Source: Camelus ferus
Taxonomy: Eukaryota
Direction: 5' to 3'
NCBI RefSeq assembly: GCF_009834535.1
Contig: NC_045696.1
Span: forward strand, 81,656,001 to 81,720,000
DNA length: 64,000 nucleotides
In this document: positions 29,711 to 41,790 of the stretch, piece by piece
Numbering within the stretch: position 1 is the stretch's first letter
How the letters are laid out: each line of letters starts with the position of its first letter
The notes under the pieces: generated by a model
Database searches by the model: none
The model's input: only the letters and a program-made list of their open reading frames with translations
Told to the model about the DNA's origin: nothing
Position numbers and translations under genes: made by a program

Positions 29711-30769
29711 TTTGAAGCTGTAAAATTAGAATAATTATTCTTCATAATTACTAGTCTTTTCATTTGCACAGAGATCTTTTGCATATGAATCTGAAGGCAC
29801 TCAGTTCCTTTATTATCTGGGAGGATGTAAGGAACCTTGACTGTGGACTGAACTCGCCAGAATCTTCATCGCTGCTTGGCTGCCCTCCGGCCAGAGGAGG
29901 CAAAGTCCCAAGGGGACCTCTCAAACCTCTCACAAAACTTCAGCCCTGATGCTGACAGCCTGGTGCCCATGTCCCTTGCCCTCACCTGACCATACTTTTC
30001 TATTTGTGGGAAGACATTGAGAAGTAACCCAGAAGGGAATTTGAAAAAGAAAATCAATAGGAATGTCACTGATAATAGTCTCTGCCTCTACACGGGGCAC
30101 AAAAAAAGTTAATCTGAAGGATAAAAAATGGGGGTGACGTGGGAGATGATGAGGAAGCGATCAGGAGTCACTGCAGTCATAATACCAGACCATCCAAAGA
30201 GATGTTTTTCAATTTACAGTGGCATTTGCTCTTTGATTAACTTGAGGCTAGGAAGCAAGTCATTTTCCACTTCACTGGTGATAAATCAATATTTTTACTC
30301 CAAAGGACGGCTTTCATTTTTTTCTTTCGCCTAAATGAAATTCTTAATTGATTAGTGTTTAACAATGTAAAACATTCAAACAGAGGTGTTAGGAGAACAT
30401 CTCTCATTTAGGTCAAAGCAATACATGATCAAGAACGTGTTGGCTGACCGCAGAAGTTGTTCTACGTGTGGGCACCTGCTCCTGCAGTCAGAGCCCGGCA
30501 TTGCCTGTTACAGATAACTGAAGAAGATTCTCTCAGAAACCTTCTGAAGGGGAGAGGGGATAAAGCAGGTCTAAATTCTCCAAGTAAATCCTCAAAACAA
30601 CTCTGGAAATTGTAACTATTTCCATTTCAAGATTGATATGGCAGGCCAGTGAATAAAGGCAGAGAATAAAAAAGGACCATGAACATCTCTCTTAGAACAC
30701 CTCTAAATAGATGGGTTAGGTTTTCAATAGAGTTTTAACAAATCTGTTTTAGTTTGAACTATACTTCTA

Positions 30770-31290
30770 TGGAGGGTGGTTTGGCAGTGTCTACTGAAAT
30801 GTAACTGTACATACCCCATGACACGACAATCCCATGTCCTAGGACTTACCCTACAGATACATGCATGCCAGCAAACTGTGCGTGCGCACTGTAACCATCT
30901 CAGTAGTGTTCAAATAGCATGAGCATGGACGCAAACTCAATGCACACTGATAGTAGACAGGTTAAATCCATTTATGGCATATCCTTCAATAGAAAATCAT
31001 GCAGCCATTAAAAGAAAGGCCACTCTTTCTGCTGTGGAACAAGGTACAGTAAGTGAAAAAGAAGCTACAGAACAGTGTGAATATTGTATAAACAGCATAC
31101 ATATATTTACTTATATTCATATATTTTATATATTTATAACATTTCTCTGGAAGGATACACAAGAACCCGGTAACAGAGTGTCCCTGGGGAGCTAAGTGGC
31201 TTCAGCGATGGGTAATAAAGACTTACTTTTCACTTTAGCCTTTTGAATTTTGTACCATGTGCATGTATTACTTGTGAAAACGATTGTTTT
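30770..31290 (+). mobile_element. Old LINE-1 3' fragment (L1ME-like)
   Basis: TTTGGCAGTGTCTACTGAAATG...CAATCCCATGTCCTAGGACTTACCCTACAGA...TCTGGAAGGATACACAAGAA...TTTTGTACCATGTGCATGTATTAC. Confidence 0.65.
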
Positions 31291-31304
31291 TAATGTTTTA
31301 AAGG

Positions 31305-31443
31305 GGTTTATGCCTGAAACCATGAAAGTCCTAGAAGAAAACATGGAAATAAAGTTCCTTGATATGAGTCTCAGTAATGAAGCTTTTGGATATAACACCT
31401 AAAGCACAAGCAACAAAATAAAAAATAAGCAAGGGGGACTACA
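31305..31443 (+). mobile_element. LINE-1 ORF2 internal fragment
   Basis: CCTGAAACCATGAAAGTCCTAGAAGAAAACATGG...ACACCTAAAGCACAAGCAACAAA, homologous to ~10375-10505 in this window. Confidence 0.75.
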
Positions 31444-31565
31444 AGTGGGTGTGGGAGAGCCTGGGCCCATCTCAGGGGGAGCTATCGCTCTCCTCCCTGC
31501 TCCCCAGGCCTCAAAAGACCGAGCGCCAGTGTCGCCAAGCCTTCCTAATTTATGTGAAACTCTTC

Positions 31566-32002
31566 ACTTTTTAAAAAAAGTATAGTTGATTTAAAGCATT
31601 ATATTAGTTTCAGGCATGCAACATAGTGATTCAAAATATTCATAGATTATACTCCATTTAAAGTTATTATAAAATATGGGCTATATTCCCTGTACTGTAC
31701 AATATATCCTTATAGCTCATTTATTTTATACATAGTTGTTTGTTTCTACTAATCCCCTACCGCTATCTTGCCCCTTCCCCCTTCTCTCTCCCCATTGGTA
31801 ACCACTAATTTGTTCTCTACATTTGTGAGTCTGTTTCTGTTTTTTTATATTCATTAGTTTGCTTACTTTTTAGATTCCTCATATAAGTGATAACATACAG
31901 TATTTTTCTTTCTCTGTCTGACTTATTTCACTAAGCATAATACCCTACAGGTCCATCCATGTTGTGGCAAATTTCATTCTTCTTTACGGCTGAGTAATAT
32001 TC

Positions 32003-32040
<38 letters not shown>

Positions 32041-32092
32041 TTATATACACCACATCTTTATCCATTCATTTGTTGATGGACATTTAGATTGT
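31566..32092 (-). mobile_element. LINE-1 3' end (same family as 1021-1931), containing (GT)n at 32005-32038
   Basis: Near-colinear with 1035-1525 (TAGTTGATTT...GGCTATATTCCCTGT...GGTCCATCCATGTTGT). Confidence 0.92.
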
Positions 32093-32539
32093 GATTAATA
32101 TACAGAAATCTGTTGCTTTTCTATATATTAATAATGAACTATCAGAGGAGAAATCAGGAAAAAACAATCCCATTTAAAATCACATCAGAAAGAATAAAAT
32201 GCCTATGAATAAATTTAACTAAGGAGGTGAAAGACCTATACTCTGAAACTATAAAACACTGATTAAGGAAACTGAAGATGATACAAAGAAATGGAAAGAT
32301 ATACCGTGTTCACAGATTACAAAAATTAATACTGTTAAAATGTCCCTACTACTCAAAGCAATCTATGGCTTTAATGCAATCCCTGTCAAAATACCCAACA
32401 CATTTTTCACAGAACCAGAACAAATAATCCTAAAATTTATATGGAACCACAAAAGACCCTGAATAGCCAAAGCAATCTTGAGGAAAAAAGAACCAAGCTG
32501 GAGGTATCACACTCCCTGACTTCAGATGATGCTACAAAG
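32093..32539 (+). mobile_element. LINE-1 ORF2 segment inverted relative to the adjacent L1 3' end
   Basis: ATTAATATACAGAAATCTGTTGC...AAGGAGGTGAAAGACCTATAC...GCAATCCCTGTCAAAATACC; the second half is homologous to 9786-10105. Confidence 0.9.
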
Positions 32540-33589
32540 AAATCTCTCTTTTATGTACTGGCTTATATTTTTAAAAAGCCACCAAGCTTCCCAAACAAAA
32601 GGTATCTGTGGGAAAGTTCTACCTAAATGCCCCATCGTGGGGGACGGCAGAGTCGAGCTGCAGAATTTCAGTCTGGAAGTTGAGTTTGGCAGCCATCCTT
32701 CTCACATTTTCCAGAATAGTTCCAATTTCATGCAAAATAAATAACTAAATGTGATTTAATTTCTATGCCTTTTATAGGACTTTTCATTTAAATAAATCCA
32801 CTAATCAGAAAAACAAAAGCCTTTCCCAGTGCCAAGGGTACATATTGTACATTTGTGCCCCGCTATGCTCCCTACACCTGGCAGGTTCCTTGCAGTTGAG
32901 AGGCTGCAGGTGACTAAGACAGCTCTGATCGGGAAATGAGAGATGTGAGAGCGCCATCCTTGTCGCGCTCGCCCTCTCACAAACAGAGACGGCTGCTTGA
33001 CAAGGAACAACTAATCCCTGCTTTCTCTCTCCTCACCGGTCCTTGGTAGGGGCGTCACAGTGGCACTGCCTTGGGGAAATCTGGGCTCACTGAAGAAAGC
33101 CGCAAAAACTGACAAGAGTGATGATGATCCCAGAGACCCACATGAAGCATCTGTCTCGTGGATGACCAGGAGGGAGAAAAATGCACTTTCGGATGAGAGC
33201 TGTGCTAGGCTGGAAAGCATCATTCGTGAACTTGAGCAGAGCATCTCCTACCCACTCATGGAGGACAGAACAAGGACTACTGATGAGTAGACAATATAGA
33301 AAAAAATGGTAGTGAAAGAACTAGCCTTCAAGTGGCGGCAGGGTGGCAGGCGGGGCAATGAGGATATAGCTAAGCCCTCATCCTTCACAGAATTCTTCAC
33401 AGAATTCTAAGGGTACAGCGAAAACAGTCATGTTCTAGAGGAAAAGCTTCCAGTGCCAGTCCTGATACTAACCAGCTGCTTGATCTTGGGCAAGTCACCT
33501 CACCACCTGGTGCCTTTGAGTCCACATTTGTGGACAAAGGGGATGGACTAACTGACCCCCAAGATCCTCTCCCGATCAAGAGGCGGCAC

Positions 33590-33810
33590 AGCACAGAGCA
33601 GAGACTCCAGAGCTGGAGCACCTGGATCTGCATCGTGGCTCCACCTCCTGCCAGCTGTGTGACTTTGGGCACATTACTCATCCTTTCTGTCCCAGAGTAA
33701 AATGGGATAAAAGTGGTACCTACTTCATAGAGTTGCTGTGCTAATTAAATGAGATCACATACGCAATGTGTTCAGAAGAGAACCTGGCATATAGAATATG
33801 CTTAATATGT
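33590..33810 (+). mobile_element. MIR SINE
   Basis: AGCTGTGTGACTTTGGGCACATTACT...GTAAAATGGGATAA...GTACCTACTTCATAGAGTTGCTG...ATTAAATGAGATC. Confidence 0.8.
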
Positions 33811-33834
33811 GTTCTACTAGAATGGCAGCCACAT

Positions 33835-33943
33835 GCGAGCAGGGATCTATGTCTATGTTGATCACTGATGTGGTCTAAGTGCTGACAGCATTATCTGGCA
33901 CATAGTAGACACTCAGTAAATAACTGTTGAGAGAATGAATGAA
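33835..33943 (+). mobile_element. L2 3' end
   Basis: GAGCAGGGATCTATGTCT...TCTGGCACATAGTAGACACTCAGTAAATAACTGTTGAGAGAATGAATGAA. Confidence 0.8.
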
Positions 33944-33944
33944 C

Positions 33945-34800
33945 TACTACACACCTATTAGAATGGCTAGAGTCCAGAACACTGACGACGCCAAATGTTG
34001 GTGAGGATGTGGAGAAACGGGAACTCTCACTGATGGGGGGAATGCAAAATGGTACAGCCATTTTGGAAGACAGTTTGGCAGGGTTTTGTTTTACAAAACT
34101 AAAAATACTCTTACCGTATGATTCAGCAAGTTATGTCTTTATTTACCTGAAGAAGTTGAAAATTTAGGTCCACACAAAAACCTACACGTGGATGTTTACA
34201 GCAGATTTATTCATAATTGCCAAAACTTGGAAACAACCAAGATGTCCTTCAGTTGGTGAACGGGTAAATAAGCTGTGGTACATCCAGATAATGAAATATG
34301 ATTTGGCACTAGAAAGAAATGAACTATCAAGACACGAAAAGACATGGAGTAACCCTGAATACACATTATTAAGTGAAAGAAGCCAATCTAAAAAAGGCTA
34401 CATACTGTATGACATACTATATGACATTCTGGAAAAGGCAAAACTATTTTGACAGTAAAAAGGATCAGTGGTTGCCAGGGGTTGTGGGAAGAGAGGGATG
34501 AATAGGTGGAGCACAGAGGATTTTTAGGGCAGTGACAGTATGTTGTATGACACAATAATAGTGCATATATATTATTATACATTTGTTCAAAGCAATAGAA
34601 TCACCAAGAGTGAACCTTAATGTAAACTATGGACCTTGGGCGACAATGATGTGTTAATGTAGACTGTAATGAATGTACCACTCTGTGGGGGTGTGGGTGA
34701 GGGGAGGCTATGCATGAGTAGGGGTGAGGGGTGTATGAGAAATTTCTGCCCAATTTTGCTGTGAATCTAAAACTGCTCTAAAAATAAAGCCTATTAAAAC
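33945..34800 (+). mobile_element. Old LINE-1 3' end (L1MC1/L1MB-like)
   Basis: ORF 34192..34452 MFTADLFIIAKTWKQPRCPS... is an L1 ORF2 C-terminal remnant. 3'UTR AATGTAAACTATGGAC..., ending AAAATAAAGCCTATTAAAA. Confidence 0.88.
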
Positions 34801-34979
34801 AAACAGAAGTGAGTGAATAAACATTCTGACTCTAGTCTCATGATCAGGGCTTGCATTTGGGTCTCCTGCCCTCTCCTCACACTGAGGTGTCCCTACAATG
34901 TGCTAACCGTGCAGAGCATGTTGAAGAAGTAAGAGAGAATAACAAAATATGTAAATTGCCAAAAAAGGCACTTAGTTAC

Positions 34980-35549
34980 TGTAACAGATTGCATTTTCCA
35001 AAAATGGCTACAGGAATATTGTCAGCCCTACATACTCTTCTGGAACCTTGCCACTTGCCCACCAAGAGAGGGAGTCTAGGTGCCCTCTGCTCGAACATGA
35101 GCAGGCCCCCTGACTGCCTCGACTAGCAGAGTATGGTGAACGGGTTGCTTTGCGGCCTTCCGAGGCTAGGTCATAAAAAGCAATACAGCTTCCACCAGGT
35201 CTCTCTCTCTCTTGAAATACTCAACTTGAGACACTGAGCAGTCATGTAAAAAGCCCGAGGCTACCATGCTGGAGGGAAGCCCGAGCTAGTCCATGTGGAG
35301 AGACCCCTCAGAAAAGCCATGAAAACACCTGATGAGAAAGACGCTGGCCAGCCCACAGCTGCTCCTGATTCCAGCTCCAGCTAGAGCTGACTGACCGTAA
35401 CTGCATGGGAGACCCTGAGCCAGAACCAGCCGGGTGAGCTGTCCCCTGGTTCCTGACCTACAGAAACTATGAGAAATAATAAACGCTTTGGTTTTAAGTC
35501 ACTGTTTTAGGATGGGTTTTTTTTTCTGCAACAATAGATAAACCAGACA
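34980..35549 (+). mobile_element. MaLR solo LTR (MLT1E/F/G-like)
   Basis: TGTAACAGATTGCATTTTCCAAAAATGGC...CCGAGGCTAGGTCATAAAAAG...GAGACCCTGAGCCAGAAC...GCAACAATAGATAAACCAGACA. Confidence 0.8.
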
Positions 35550-36389
35550 AACTGCTTGGCAAAACCTAACTAAGTCTGGCTCATTCAGACCACTTCTCTC
35601 AAGCCCCAAATGGCTACCTAGTCCTTGAGAATGTTGGGGCTTTTCTGGCAGGAATCCAAACACAACTTCCCCCAATCCAGCTGGGAATTCTCCGGGCAGT
35701 ACACCAAAACCCCAAGCTCCAGCTCCCACAGTTCAAGCCCAGAGCATCATGGATTACTCTAGCCTTGGCTGCCAACCTTGCTGACCCTTGTCAAATTACA
35801 AGGAAACCTTCACTCTTCAGCTGGGACCCTGTTTTCTTTCTTTGCTTCCAGTAACTGCCAGGCACCTCAAACTCCTATCTCATTGGCTCTCTTGGAAGGC
35901 TTCACAGTTCCTTCCTTTTTTCATCATTCACCCTATTTTCCTCAAGTCTCAAGATGACAGTAACTTCAATGTTTTCTTTTGTCATTAATATTTGACTGAT
36001 TTTGAAAGTGAACACCTATAAATCCTACATTCACACTGATAAGCATAATAAATAGTGGATCCAAGGAGGATAAGGTACATTTATCGTGATGAGGAAGGAA
36101 CTATTTATCATAACAACAATTCAGGGTGTATATTTACACATTTTAAAAGAATAAACTATACTTTGGGTAATCCTTTATAATAAAATGTTCAAGGAACCGT
36201 TCACACAAATCTCTTCCTTTGATAAATGCAAGTCCTGCCTGGTTTTCTGGGACAGAGACATCAAAGCTCATGTCGGACTTAACACATCTTGGATGTCTGA
36301 AGAGGAGTATCCAAAATTGAAATTAGAAAGTAAGAAAGTACAATTCCAAGGTTACCACAGGGGACAAGTCAGATCCGACTTCTCAGAAG

Positions 36390-36545
36390 CGGCTTACAGC
36401 ATGGAGGAAAGAGCCCAGAATCTGGAGACAGAAGCCAGGATTCATATTCCAGCTCTGTGACTTACTAGCTAGATGACTTCAACAAGTACCATTTCCTAGG
36501 CCTAATTTTTTCATCTGTAAAATAAGACATTAATAAGTCTACTTT
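36390..36545 (+). mobile_element. MIR SINE (5' part; remainder at ~37065-37097 after an L1 insertion)
   Basis: TCTGGAGACAGAAGCCAGGATTCATATTCCAGCTCTGTGACTTACTAGCT...TCATCTGTAAAAT; resumes GTATGTAAAGCACCTAGCAC. Confidence 0.7.
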
Positions 36546-36569
36546 AAAAAGTATATAAAAAGGATTTTT

Positions 36570-37065
36570 AAAAGGTGTTCAAGCAAAAACTTGTGAATAA
36601 ATCTTCATCACAACATTATTTACAAAATCCAATAGGTGCAAAGAATCCAAATGTCCATCAACTGATGAATGGGTAAACAAAATGTAGTATATCTATACAC
36701 TGGAATATTAATCAGCCATAAAAAGGGAAGAAATACTGACACTTGCCACAACATGAATAAAAACATGTGAAGTGAAGAAGTTAGACACCAAAGGCCACAT
36801 ATTGTATGATTCTGTTTATATAAAGTGACCAGGATAGGTAAACCCAGAGACAGAAAGCAGCTCAGGGGTTGCCAGGGCCTGGGAATAAGGAGGGATGGGA
36901 GTGACTCCTTAATGAGTACTGCATGTCCTTTTGGGGTGACAGAAATGCTCTGGAACTAGATAGTGGTGATGGTTGCACAAGACTGTGAATGTTCTAAATG
37001 CTACTAAATTATACACTATATAGAATGATGAATTTTATGTTATGTGTGTTTTAATGCAACAACAA
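36570..37065 (+). mobile_element. Old LINE-1 3' end (L1MB-like)
   Basis: CCAAATGTCCATCAACTGATGAATGGGTAAACAAAATGT...GGAACTAGATAGTGGTGATGGTTGCACAA. Confidence 0.88.
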
Positions 37066-37629
37066 ATAAAGTATGTAAAGCACCTAGCACACGTGCCCCC
37101 TCTCCCCTGTCATTACACTGAAAAGAAATCAGCAGGAGCCTGGAATGGTTTGTCCCAACCATTCCATCACAAATGGAGATTCCCATTACAAAAGTCCATA
37201 TCAAAGAAAAGGACAAAGATGTCGGAGATTCTGTTCATTGCTTTGGGTCTAACTGGGGCATGTATATTTTGCAAAATCTCCCTGGTGATTCTCACGTGTG
37301 CCCCTAATTAGAAACTTCTTTACTAGATCAGGCAGCTTCCCACCAACAGGCCCTGACCCAAAACTCTGCTTCATACAGAGTCCTGTTTATCACCTGAGTT
37401 CACCTACAGTGAAGTTCTCTCCAGCAGAGACACATAGCTCAAAAGACCCTCCATTTAGGAACACTTTCAGGAGGACAGATAAGCCCCTTGGTGGCCCAAC
37501 TAAATGAAGCTACCTATCTCAAGTGGGCTGAATTGCAATCAAAACTCTATCATTGGCTTTTATCACTGTGAGAGACAGCCATTAAAAAATACTTCTAATT
37601 ATTTTGCAGAATTGCTACTGAATGCCTTC

Positions 37630-38122
37630 TGTAATGAATAGTCGCCCCCAAAATGATACGTCCAAATCCAAACACTGATATGGATGAATGTGACCCTACT
37701 AAGAAATAGGGTCTTTGCAGATGTAATTAAGGATCTCCAGATGAGATCATCTTGGATTTAGGGTGAGCTCTAAATCTAGTGACTGGTGTCCTTACAAGAG
37801 AAACAAGAGGCAGTTTTGAGATACAGAGGGGGAGACCACACAAAGACACAGAGATCAGAGACACACAGGGAAAAGGCCACGTGAAGACGGGAGCAGAGAT
37901 TTGAGTGATGCATTTACAAGCCAAGGAACTCCAAGGATTGCCTGCAGCCACCAGAAGTTAGGAGAGAGGCGTGGATTTCCTTCAAACCCTCCAGAAGGAA
38001 CCAATTCTGCTGCCACCTTGAATTTGAACCTCTAGCCTCCAGAACTATGAGAAAATAAATTCCTGTTGTTTTAAGCCACAAATTTACAGTAAATTGTTAC
38101 AGCAGTCCTAGAAACTAAAACA
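37630..38122 (+). mobile_element. MaLR solo LTR (MLT1B/C-like)
   Basis: GGAAATAGGGTCTTTGCAGATGTAATTAAG-type motif, GGCCACGTGAAGACGG, CCTCCAGAAGGAACCAA, GTTACAGCAGTCCTAGAAACTAA. Confidence 0.88.
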
Positions 38123-38474
38123 CTTAATCTCTTATATCGAACTTAATATCAGGGATTAGACATCAAATTTCCTTCTAGAATTCCATACAAGGAAGCAGTG
38201 TGTCTCTCCAGATAAATATGCATGCTCCCCCTCACCCAGCAAGGAGCACAAGGGCTGTATCCTGACACGTTTTGCACTTTCCTTGCTGGAAAGCGCAGGC
38301 GGAGGCTAGGGCTCAAGTGCTGTGATTATCCATGCTGGATTCTTGCTATCAACTTCTTCGTGCTTTGCCATGTTTCTGTTCTTGCTTTCATTTTGAATTT
38401 TTTTATTTGCATATTCTCTGTATACGTAGTTTTATTATAAATCACCTTTTGAAAAGAGATGGCTATAAAATTAG

Positions 38475-38730
38475 AAGCAATAGCAGAGTGGCTAAGAGAG
38501 TGGGCTCAGGAACCAAACTTCCCAGGTTCAAACCCCAGCTCCATAACTTCGAGCTTTGTCTGATGGGGCACTCCATGCCTCAGTTTCCTCATCTGTGAAA
38601 TGGGAATAATATTAGTATGTGCTGTATAGAGCTACTTTAAGGATTAAATGACTTAATCACATACAAAGTACTTAGGAAATGCCTGACATATAAAAAGTAT
38701 TCATTCAATAATGTCAGCTATTAACTATTA
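38475..38730 (+). mobile_element. MIR SINE
   Basis: GTGGCTAAGAGAGTGGGCTC...GGTTCAAACCCCAGCTCC...GCCTCAGTTTCCTCATCTGTGAAATGGGAATAATA. Confidence 0.85.
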
Positions 38731-39544
38731 CTTGTCCAGGTTACTGCCTTAGTTAAAACTCTCTACCAGGGCTTCACTGCCTGCAGGATGAAGTTCCAGT
38801 TCCCTATCACAGCACACAAGGCTTTCTATGAATGGCTTCTTCCTGGGGCTGCAGGTGTGTCCTGCCTGATCGTCCAGCAATGCTGACCACATCGGCACAC
38901 TCGGCTGTCTGCTGCGCTCGGGCTGCCCTAGCTGACTCCTACCCAACCTTCCAGACTCGGCTCTGGGTTACTTTCTCCAGGAACCCAGCCTGTGCCTCCC
39001 CATCTGTGATACATGGTCTTCACCCTGGCTCCCTGGGCAGCCCAGGCCCACCTCCACCTCCAGTGAACCGCTTCCACAACCTGTTAAGGGTGACTTGCAC
39101 GTGTCTCCTTCGTCCAGGATGTATCTGAGTCTCCTGATTTCAGTTGCCTCTGTGGGCAGAGAATGAAAGCACTGAAGCCCTTTGGAAGACTGAACTGTTT
39201 GGTAGTGGTGAGGGAAGGATCAGTCTGAGGTCTGCATCCTGACTGACCAGACTGTCCCTGGAAGGGGTGAATGGCACCTGACAATTTAAAGCCCGGAAGG
39301 TGCCACAAACCCCGTCCAGTCTTATGAGGCTTGGGATAAGAGGCTAGCTTTTCCGTCAAGGCCTTTGCACCTCAGGGCTGGTGTTACTCAGGTGGCTAAA
39401 CGTCATTCTGCTTTTAGCACCACTAACCCTGCTTTTGAGGGAGTTAAAGAGTAACAGCCTCTGGGAGACAGTTTCCAGATGGCTTTGTTTAATCAAGTTT
39501 GGAAGTGTGACATTCAGTCCTCTGACAGGTTTGTCCTCATGCCC

Positions 39545-40615
39545 CTTTTTCTCCAGCTTATTGAGGTATAGTTGATACAATTATAAGATATTTAAAGTGT
39601 ACATTGTGGTGATTTAATATACATACACACAGTGAAAGGATTCCCACCGTCCAGTTAAGCAACACATCCATCATCTCATATATTTACCTTTTTTTTTCTG
39701 TAAGACATTTAAGTTCTACTTTCTTCACAAATTTCGGTTTCCCAACACAGTGCAATCAACTCTAGTTATCGTATTTTACATTAGATCCTCAGATCTCATT
39801 CATCTTATGTTGTTGAACCCAAGTTCAGGTGTCTGATGCACAGTGAGGCCAAACGAGCTGAACCATAAGAGTTTGGAGCAGAGAAAGGTTTACTCCAAGG
39901 ACCACGCAAGGAAAACAGGCAGCTTGTGCTCTAAAGACCTGAGCGTCTCGACGGTTTCTGGGGAAGCGACTTTATAGGCAAAAGTTAGGGTGAAGGTTGC
40001 AGGGTATGTGACTTTCTTCTGATTGGTTGGTGGTGAGGTAACAGGGTAAAGCTTCCAGAATCTCAGCCTTCTGGTTCCAGCCAGTCTGGGGTCCATGTGC
40101 TTGTGGTCAGCCATCCTCACTGAGCAGGGGTCTTAGTTTTTGCAGAACAACTCGAAGATACACATCAGATGAACTAGCAGTCCTGTGACTCTCTTGTCCT
40201 ATTCACTGCTTGAGCCTGCTCTTTGGAACTCAGGGAAGGCCTAGGAGACTAAAGGCTTTTCTTTCTACAAACAAGAAACAGAGGAAATGGAGGGTCTTTT
40301 GCACCTGGGAGGGCCCTACAGGGTCCTGTTCAGTTTCACTTACAGTTGAAAGTTTGTACCCTTCTACCAATCTCTGCCTAATTCTTCTAGTCCCAGCCCC
40401 TGGCAACCACTTTTCTACTCTCTGTTTCTATGGGTTTGACTTTATTCTCTTTCTCTATTGTTTTTTTTTTTTTTTCAGATTTTACATATAAGTGATACCA
40501 TGCAGTATTTGTCTTTCTCTATCTGACTTAACTCACTGAGCATAATGCCCTTAAGGTCCATAAATGTTGTCACAAATGGCAGGATTTCCTTCTTTCTTAT
40601 GGTTGAGTAATATTC
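39545..40615 (-). mobile_element. LINE-1 3' end, interrupted by an LTR
   Basis: TTATTGAGGTATAGTTGATA...TAGATCCTCAGATCTCATTCATCTTA [LTR] CAGTTGAAAGTTTGTACCC...GCAGTATTTGTCTTTCTCT. Confidence 0.88.
39808..40338 (-). mobile_element. ERV1-class solo LTR (531 bp)
   Basis: TG...CA termini and 4-bp TSD CTTA (39804-39807, 40339-40342). Minus strand shows CCAAT (~40022-40026), TATAAAAG (~39970-39977) and a poly-A signal variant AGTAAA (~39889-39894) in LTR order. Confidence 0.88.
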
Positions 40616-41599
40616 CCAAGGACCTCAGCTCTGAAGCTCGGTGCTGGTGGTGGTGTGTGTGTGGGTGTGTGTGTGAGAGGGAGAGAGACAGAGGGTAAAC
40701 TGGTCAAACATTGCCCTGTGGTATCATGGAAACATCCTCATTTGAGAATCAGAAGATACCAAACTCAAGGGGAAAACTTGAGTGCTAGTTGAGCTGGTCC
40801 TGTGTAAAACCCTACTCACTGCCCACTTCCCCAGCTTCTCCCCACAGAGTTCAAGGTGTCTTCTCCCAGGACCCCCTAGTCCTACCAAGAGCAGGATACA
40901 TGGATATGAAGGCTGCAGACCTGGTGTGGAAGGGCCTGTGTACCTCCGAGGGACAGGCCTGAGCCCGCATGTACATGGAGGGGAGGCAAAGCCACCAGGC
41001 TTCAGGTTCCCAGACTTTCCCTGGGGCCCTCCCAAGGCTGCACCTTCTGACACTCCCATTCAAGGAAGCCCCTACTGGTCTTTATGCCTGCTATTCAGAT
41101 GAAGGAAAATCAGGAGTTATTCAGATGCAGAAAATGAGGTGTTGGAGGGTGAGTGGAAAGGGAGCAGAGAATAATTTCTCTCAGGACAAGCCTGCAGCCA
41201 TCAGCCAGTGTGGAAACAAAATGGAGCCTGGAATCAGGCAGTCTGAGTTAGTGCCTGGGGTAGGAAGAGGAAGGGAAACGGGAACCTGCTACATCCAGGT
41301 TGGATTTGGAAGGCCCATGGATGGGTAGCTGGTGCCAGGCTCTCCTCTCTGCATCCGACCATGAAGGCTGGGACCGTGTACATTCTCTTGCGTGCAGAAA
41401 TCCTGGCACATCAGCCTCTGCCCCAACCCCACTGGACATCACCAGTGACAAACAGGTTGACAGTCAGTCAATCAATGGATATTTCCTGAGCACCTAGTGT
41501 CATGCCCCTTTCCAGGTACTGAGGACAGAGTACAAGCCTACATTACCTACTGAGAAGAAGATGTTGGTGGGCCAAACCTAGTCAAAAGGGGCACCATGG

Positions 41600-41790
41600 T
41601 GCGGCAAGGAACTCAGGTTCTGTCTGGATTTGATTCTGCCTCTTAAATCTGTGACCGTAGGAAAGCCATGTAGTGCTCTGTGCCTCAGTTTCCTCATCTG
41701 TAAAGTGGGATAATATGAATGGCAGTCTCAGAGGGTGGCTGTGAAGTTTAAATCAATTGAGTAAAGTGCCATGCATAGTGAGAATGTAGC
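41600..41790 (+). mobile_element. MIR SINE
   Basis: CTCTGTGCCTCAGTTTCCTCATCTGTAAAGTGGGATAATA. Confidence 0.8.

Noticed and set aside
33119..33290. C/D-box snoRNA (GTGATGA ... CTGA)
   Set aside because: No terminal stem or recognisable rRNA/snRNA guide, and the spacing is atypical.
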